Origin: Octopus sinensis
Lineage: Eukaryota
DNA: 64,000 nt
Reading direction: 5' to 3'
Assembly: GCF_006345805.1 (NCBI RefSeq)
Contig: NC_042997.1
Location: 67,394,001-67,458,000, forward strand
The first letter of the stretch is position 1; each line of letters opens with the position of its first letter. This document shows, one piece after another, positions 60,686-64,000 of the stretch. The notes beneath the pieces are model-generated. The model had not been told where the DNA came from. It made no database searches and saw only the letters and a program-made list of their open reading frames with translations. The translations under genes and the position numbers were made by a program.

Positions 60686-60985
60686 TGTGTGTGAGTGAGA
60701 GACTAAACACATATTTTCCTTTGTCTTTACATGTGTGCATTGATAGTAAACAAAAGTCTCACCATTCATATAAACTGTGTCATGTGTTTGCAGTCTTATG
60801 TGAAAGAACATTCAATAGATTTATGATTGCTACCTTGCTTGGAAATAGGTTATGATTGGCATCTGGAAGGGCATCAGACCATAGAAAATTTTGCCTCTCT
60901 GAAGTTTCATTTGATTTATGCAAGCATGGAAAAATAGAAGTGATGATGACAATTGCAAGGACACTGGCTTCTGTTATAGTTATTA

Positions 60986-61359
60986 CTAGCAGTATCGCCC
61001 GGCGTTGCTCAGGTTTGTAAGGGAAATAACTATAAAGCATTTTTAGAGAGTTATAGCCAAAAAATAGCAAAAAAATGATGGTAAATTTTTTTTTGAGATT
61101 TAAAAAAGGTAGAGTTGCGTCCCCTAGACAGTTTGTGGTTCGTATTCCTGATTCTCGACCCCATGTCGAATTATCGATCTTTTTCAGAACTGGGGGAACT
61201 TTTCAAAATTTTCGCTGCGTTAGTTTTGAATTATGACATTGGGCTATGTGTGTGTCAAGTTTCATCAGAATCGGTTGAAAGCCGTGGTCAGGGTGAGGGT
61301 ACAAGCAAACAGACACACAGAAACACGCACAGACAAACTGCCGTTTATATAGAGAGAGA
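60986..61359 (-). mobile_element. Non-autonomous Helitron (374 bp)
   Basis: On the minus strand it starts A|TC and ends CTAG|T, with a GC-rich subterminal segment (gagcaacgccgggcgatactgctag); no TSD; retains CpGs. Confidence 0.75.
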
Positions 61360-61374
61360 TTGTCGTTATTAAGG

Positions 61375-61570
61375 CAGTTAGCTGGTAGAATCATTAGCAT
61401 GTTGGACTAGATGTTAGCTGTCTTCACATTCTGAGTTCAAATTCCACTGAGGTTTGCCTGTCATCCTTTTGGAGTCAATAAAATTAATACTAGTTGAGCA
61501 CTGGGGTCGATGAAATCAACTTACCCACTCCCTACAAAATTTCAGGCTTTGTGCCTATAATAGAAAGAAT
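61375..61570 (+). mobile_element. SINE family B
   Basis: Consensus match. Confidence 0.8.
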
Positions 61571-62094
61571 TGTTATCATTACTACTATTCTTTTAACTCA
61601 GGCTTTGTTGAAACTCCTGATGTTTTACATGTATAACAAACTTCCTATCTACAGTCTATGGTACCATGTTATTCTCTTCAGCTTTCTAATGCTTTCCTGG
61701 TGATTCTGGCCATGCCAAGGTGGCAAACATTTTGCAACAGCTCTACTGGACTCTCTATTCCCATTTCCTTTATATTCCTCTTAATACCTTCTGATACTGT
61801 CCCCCAAAGCCCCAACAATAATTGGTACTATCTTCATCGTTTTCATTTCCAAAGACAAGCTAATTCACTGATAGGTCCAACTTGTTGTGCTCAAGCACCT
61901 GACCTGTTTGGTTTGGGAAATCAGACAGGATTTTGCAGGTCCTTGACTCAGCCGCTCTCTGTGGTTTGTGTTTGTACTACATCTTGTCTCTCTCTCTGAC
62001 CCCGACTTTTCACTCAGTTTCTAATGCCACACTTTTGCTACCTCTTCATGTTGCCACAACATTATCATGATCATGATCATCATTATTAATAAAG

Positions 62095-62305
62095 CAATGA
62101 GCTGCCAGAATCGTTAGCACACCAAGTAAAATGCTTAGCAGCATTTTGCCTGTTTTCACGTTCTAGGTTCAAACTCTGCCGAGGTCAACTTTAGCTTTCA
62201 TCCTTTTGGGAGTCGATAAAATAAGTACCAGTCAAGTTCTGGGGTTGATGTAATCAGCTTGCTTTCTCCTCCAAATTGCTAGCCTTACGCCAAAATTTGA
62301 AATCC
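62095..62305 (+). mobile_element. SINE family B
   Basis: Consensus match. Confidence 0.8.
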
Positions 62306-62616
62306 TCCTCGTTATTATTACTATTTTTTGTTTTGTGTGCTGTAACTCATTCTTTGATATTGTCCTTCATGTCTTGGGCCTTTGTAGCCAACAAAAGAAA
62401 TCATTATTATTGTCCAAGTAAGTCCTTATGAAGAAGGACTTGCTTGAACTGTGACAATCAGTCCAACACCCATGCCAGCAAGGAACTGGACATACCATGA
62501 TGGTGTTTCTATATTTAAAGAATTAATAATTATTTTTAAGAAATGACATCAAATTTTCAGAAACATTTGTTGATCAAATATATTAATTTTAAAAATTAAT
62601 GTTCTTATTTTATCAG

Positions 62617-62763
62617 ACACATTCATTCAGAAAACTCGTAAATCCTATATGGACTCACGGGCTCGGAAGAATTTGTCTAGTATCAATACAGAACTTCAAG
62701 ATGTGCAACGAATTATGGTACAAAATATTGATGATGTTTTACAACGTGGAGAGGCCCTAAACA
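62617..62763 (+). CDS. SEC22B: SEC22b exon 4 (start of the SNARE motif)
   Basis: tatcag| acceptor; (D)[48 protein letters not shown]; a|gtaagt donor; 147 nt. The last exon (transmembrane segment) is not in the window. Confidence 0.95.
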
Positions 62764-63139
62764 GTAAGTATAACAGAGAAAACATTATTCTTCCTGTTAA
62801 ATTTATTTTTACTTTTTTTTTGTTTTTCTGTTTATATCTCGGTGGGGGTGGGGTGGGGTCACAGTTGTAGTGCCTGTTTACCAGGTTACAGGCCAGCAAT
62901 TTGTATCCTGTCTTCAACACTGTACTGAGTTCTTAACCAGAATACTTAATAGTCAGAAGGTTTTTATATAACCTTTTTAATGCCAAACTGCCTGACACTG
63001 CCAACTTTGTGCTTATTTCTAGCAGACTTAGTGACCATGTTAAGGCTCCCTTGTTGATGCTTTGTATGGCTTTTTTTGTTACTTTAGTGAAAGATATAGG
63101 TTCAGGCATGGCTGTGTGGTTATGAAGTTAGGTTCAGAA

Positions 63140-63187
<48 letters not shown>

Positions 63188-63724
63188 ATACTTATCCCAC
63201 ACATATAGAAGTATGTTAAGTATTCCTGTAGCTCCATCAATGGAACTCTCTGGCTCATTTAAATGTAAGTGACTAAATATTCTACAGATGTTTGTATTCT
63301 TAATATAACCTTTAGGCAGAATCATCATAACACAAGTTTGTGATTCAAAGTGACAGGAATAGTCTGTTAAATGAGCTTCTGCACAGTTTTATCTACCCCA
63401 AGTTTAAGTAACTCCAACTTGCACAAGGTGCTATGCAGTGGAATGAACTCAGGGCCTCTTATTTATGAAGCAAACTTGTTAACCATTCAGCTATGTTTAC
63501 ATTGTTTTATAATCTTGGCACAATTTCCGAAATTACACAGAAGCAAATTTTGATTTTATTTTCATGGAGTATAAATTTACTAATGAGTTTTGAATTCCTG
63601 AAAGAATATGTTTGGATATACATTAAATAGAAATATGTATAAACAAGAATTCAAAGTGGAAGAAAGAATCAGAGTCATGAAAGTGCTAACTTGTTGATGG
63701 TTTAAATTTATTTGGAAAAGGCAG

Positions 63725-63925
63725 TGAGTCTAGCAGAATCATTACCACACCCAACAAAATGCTTAGCTGTATTTCTTCCAGCTGCACTTTCTGAGTTCAA
63801 ATTCTGCCATGGTCAACTTTACTTTTCATCCTTTCAAGGTTAATAAAATGCCTGTTGAGCATTGGGTTGATGTAATCGACTATAGTTCACCCTCAAAAAT
63901 TTCAGGCCTTTTGACTGTAGTGGAA
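63725..63925 (+). mobile_element. SINE family B
   Basis: Consensus match. Confidence 0.75.
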
Positions 63926-64000
63926 GGGAAAGAATTATTTATTTTGATTTTGTTTTTGATTTATCAAAATCTTTAAAACTGTATAGATTAAAACTAATTA

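Noticed and set aside
62649-62870. ORF-track protein MDSRARKNL...GSQL as a stand-alone gene
   Set aside because: It is SEC22B exon 4 read through into the intron.

Overview
AT-rich eukaryotic (animal) genomic DNA. The repeat content matches what I recognise as octopus SINE families, so the organism is probably Octopus; this is an inference. Three intron-containing genes are supported by translation plus GT-AG junctions. PTPN23/HD-PTP coding exon 1 is on the minus strand (6662-6748; no later exon found in the window). A complete 4-exon POLR1H/ZNRD1 (RPA12) CDS is on the plus strand (26617-33327, 115 aa). SEC22B coding exons 1-4 are on the plus strand (36444-62763; the last exon lies beyond the window). 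The remainder is introns and intergenic DNA dense in decayed Tc1/mariner elements, MITEs (Merlin-like, piggyBac-like, pogo-like), a non-autonomous Helitron, RTE and R4-like LINE remnants, three SINE-like families and microsatellites. Almost none of the supplied ORFs are real genes. The most unusual signal is three long head-to-head palindromes (17404-17846, 41755-42260, 47546-48099) whose arms carry hammerhead-ribozyme motifs. Two of them belong to one family combining a tRNA-like Pol III head, a minimal Penelope-type hammerhead and an asymmetric 30-34 nt 3' tail, a candidate SINE mobilised by Penelope-like elements. No database searches or folding were run; repeat boundaries without TSDs are approximate.
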